The notes beneath the pieces were generated by a model. That model had not been told where the DNA came from and made no database searches. It saw nothing but the letters and a program-made list of their open reading frames with translations. Shown here in pieces: positions 63,942-64,000 of a stretch of 64,000 bases of DNA. The stretch spans positions 50,095 through 114,094 of the IMG/VR virus record IMGVR_UViG_3300021961_000037; one strand, given 5' to 3'. A program made the translations under genes and the position numbers. Each line of letters opens with the position of its first letter. Within the stretch, counting starts at the first letter, position 1. The DNA comes from a virus.

Positions 63942-64000
63942 GATTGAACTGTAACCGATAGTTTCAGTAAAGTCAAGTGATGTGGGAACGCTGGATATCT

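Overview
A 64-kb piece of a large tailed phage with a contractile tail (myovirus). The host is most likely an Actinobacterium, inferred from a WhiB gene, leaderless TANNNT-N6/7-ATG starts and Thr-linker surface proteins. Layout: (1) 1-13.2 kb neck, sheath, tube, tail assembly chaperone with a probable -1 frameshift, tape measure and baseplate. (2) 13.9-39.9 kb a very large, modular tail-fibre/adhesin region whose proteins share recurring terminal motifs that look like a docking code for a branched receptor-binding apparatus. (3) 33.9-35.0 kb and 40.0-49.6 kb enzyme cassettes: 7 intact-looking and 1 degenerate 2OG-Fe(II) oxygenases, a flavin-dependent Trp-halogenase homologue and two small 6-Cys proteins. 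Each cassette sits next to a putative adhesin; the two larger ones flank adhesins with unusual His/Pro-rich or poly-Pro/Cys-rich inserts. (4) 49.6-57.8 kb a large membrane-anchored surface protein and a lysis region with two endolysins, holin-like proteins, a lipoprotein and a subtilisin. (5) 58-64 kb regulatory and replication genes (wHTH, metallophosphoesterase, HslV/proteasome-beta-like protease, WhiB, RHH proteins, helicase loader-like and initiator-like proteins), tRNA-Thr(UGU), a rare tRNA-Ile(UAU), and an abrupt, extreme A+C to G+T strand-skew switch at about 62,490. The best candidate for an undescribed system is adhesin-tailoring cassettes: phage enzymes that may hydroxylate or halogenate the phage's own receptor-binding proteins. 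All functional calls come from motif recognition by eye; no database searches were run.
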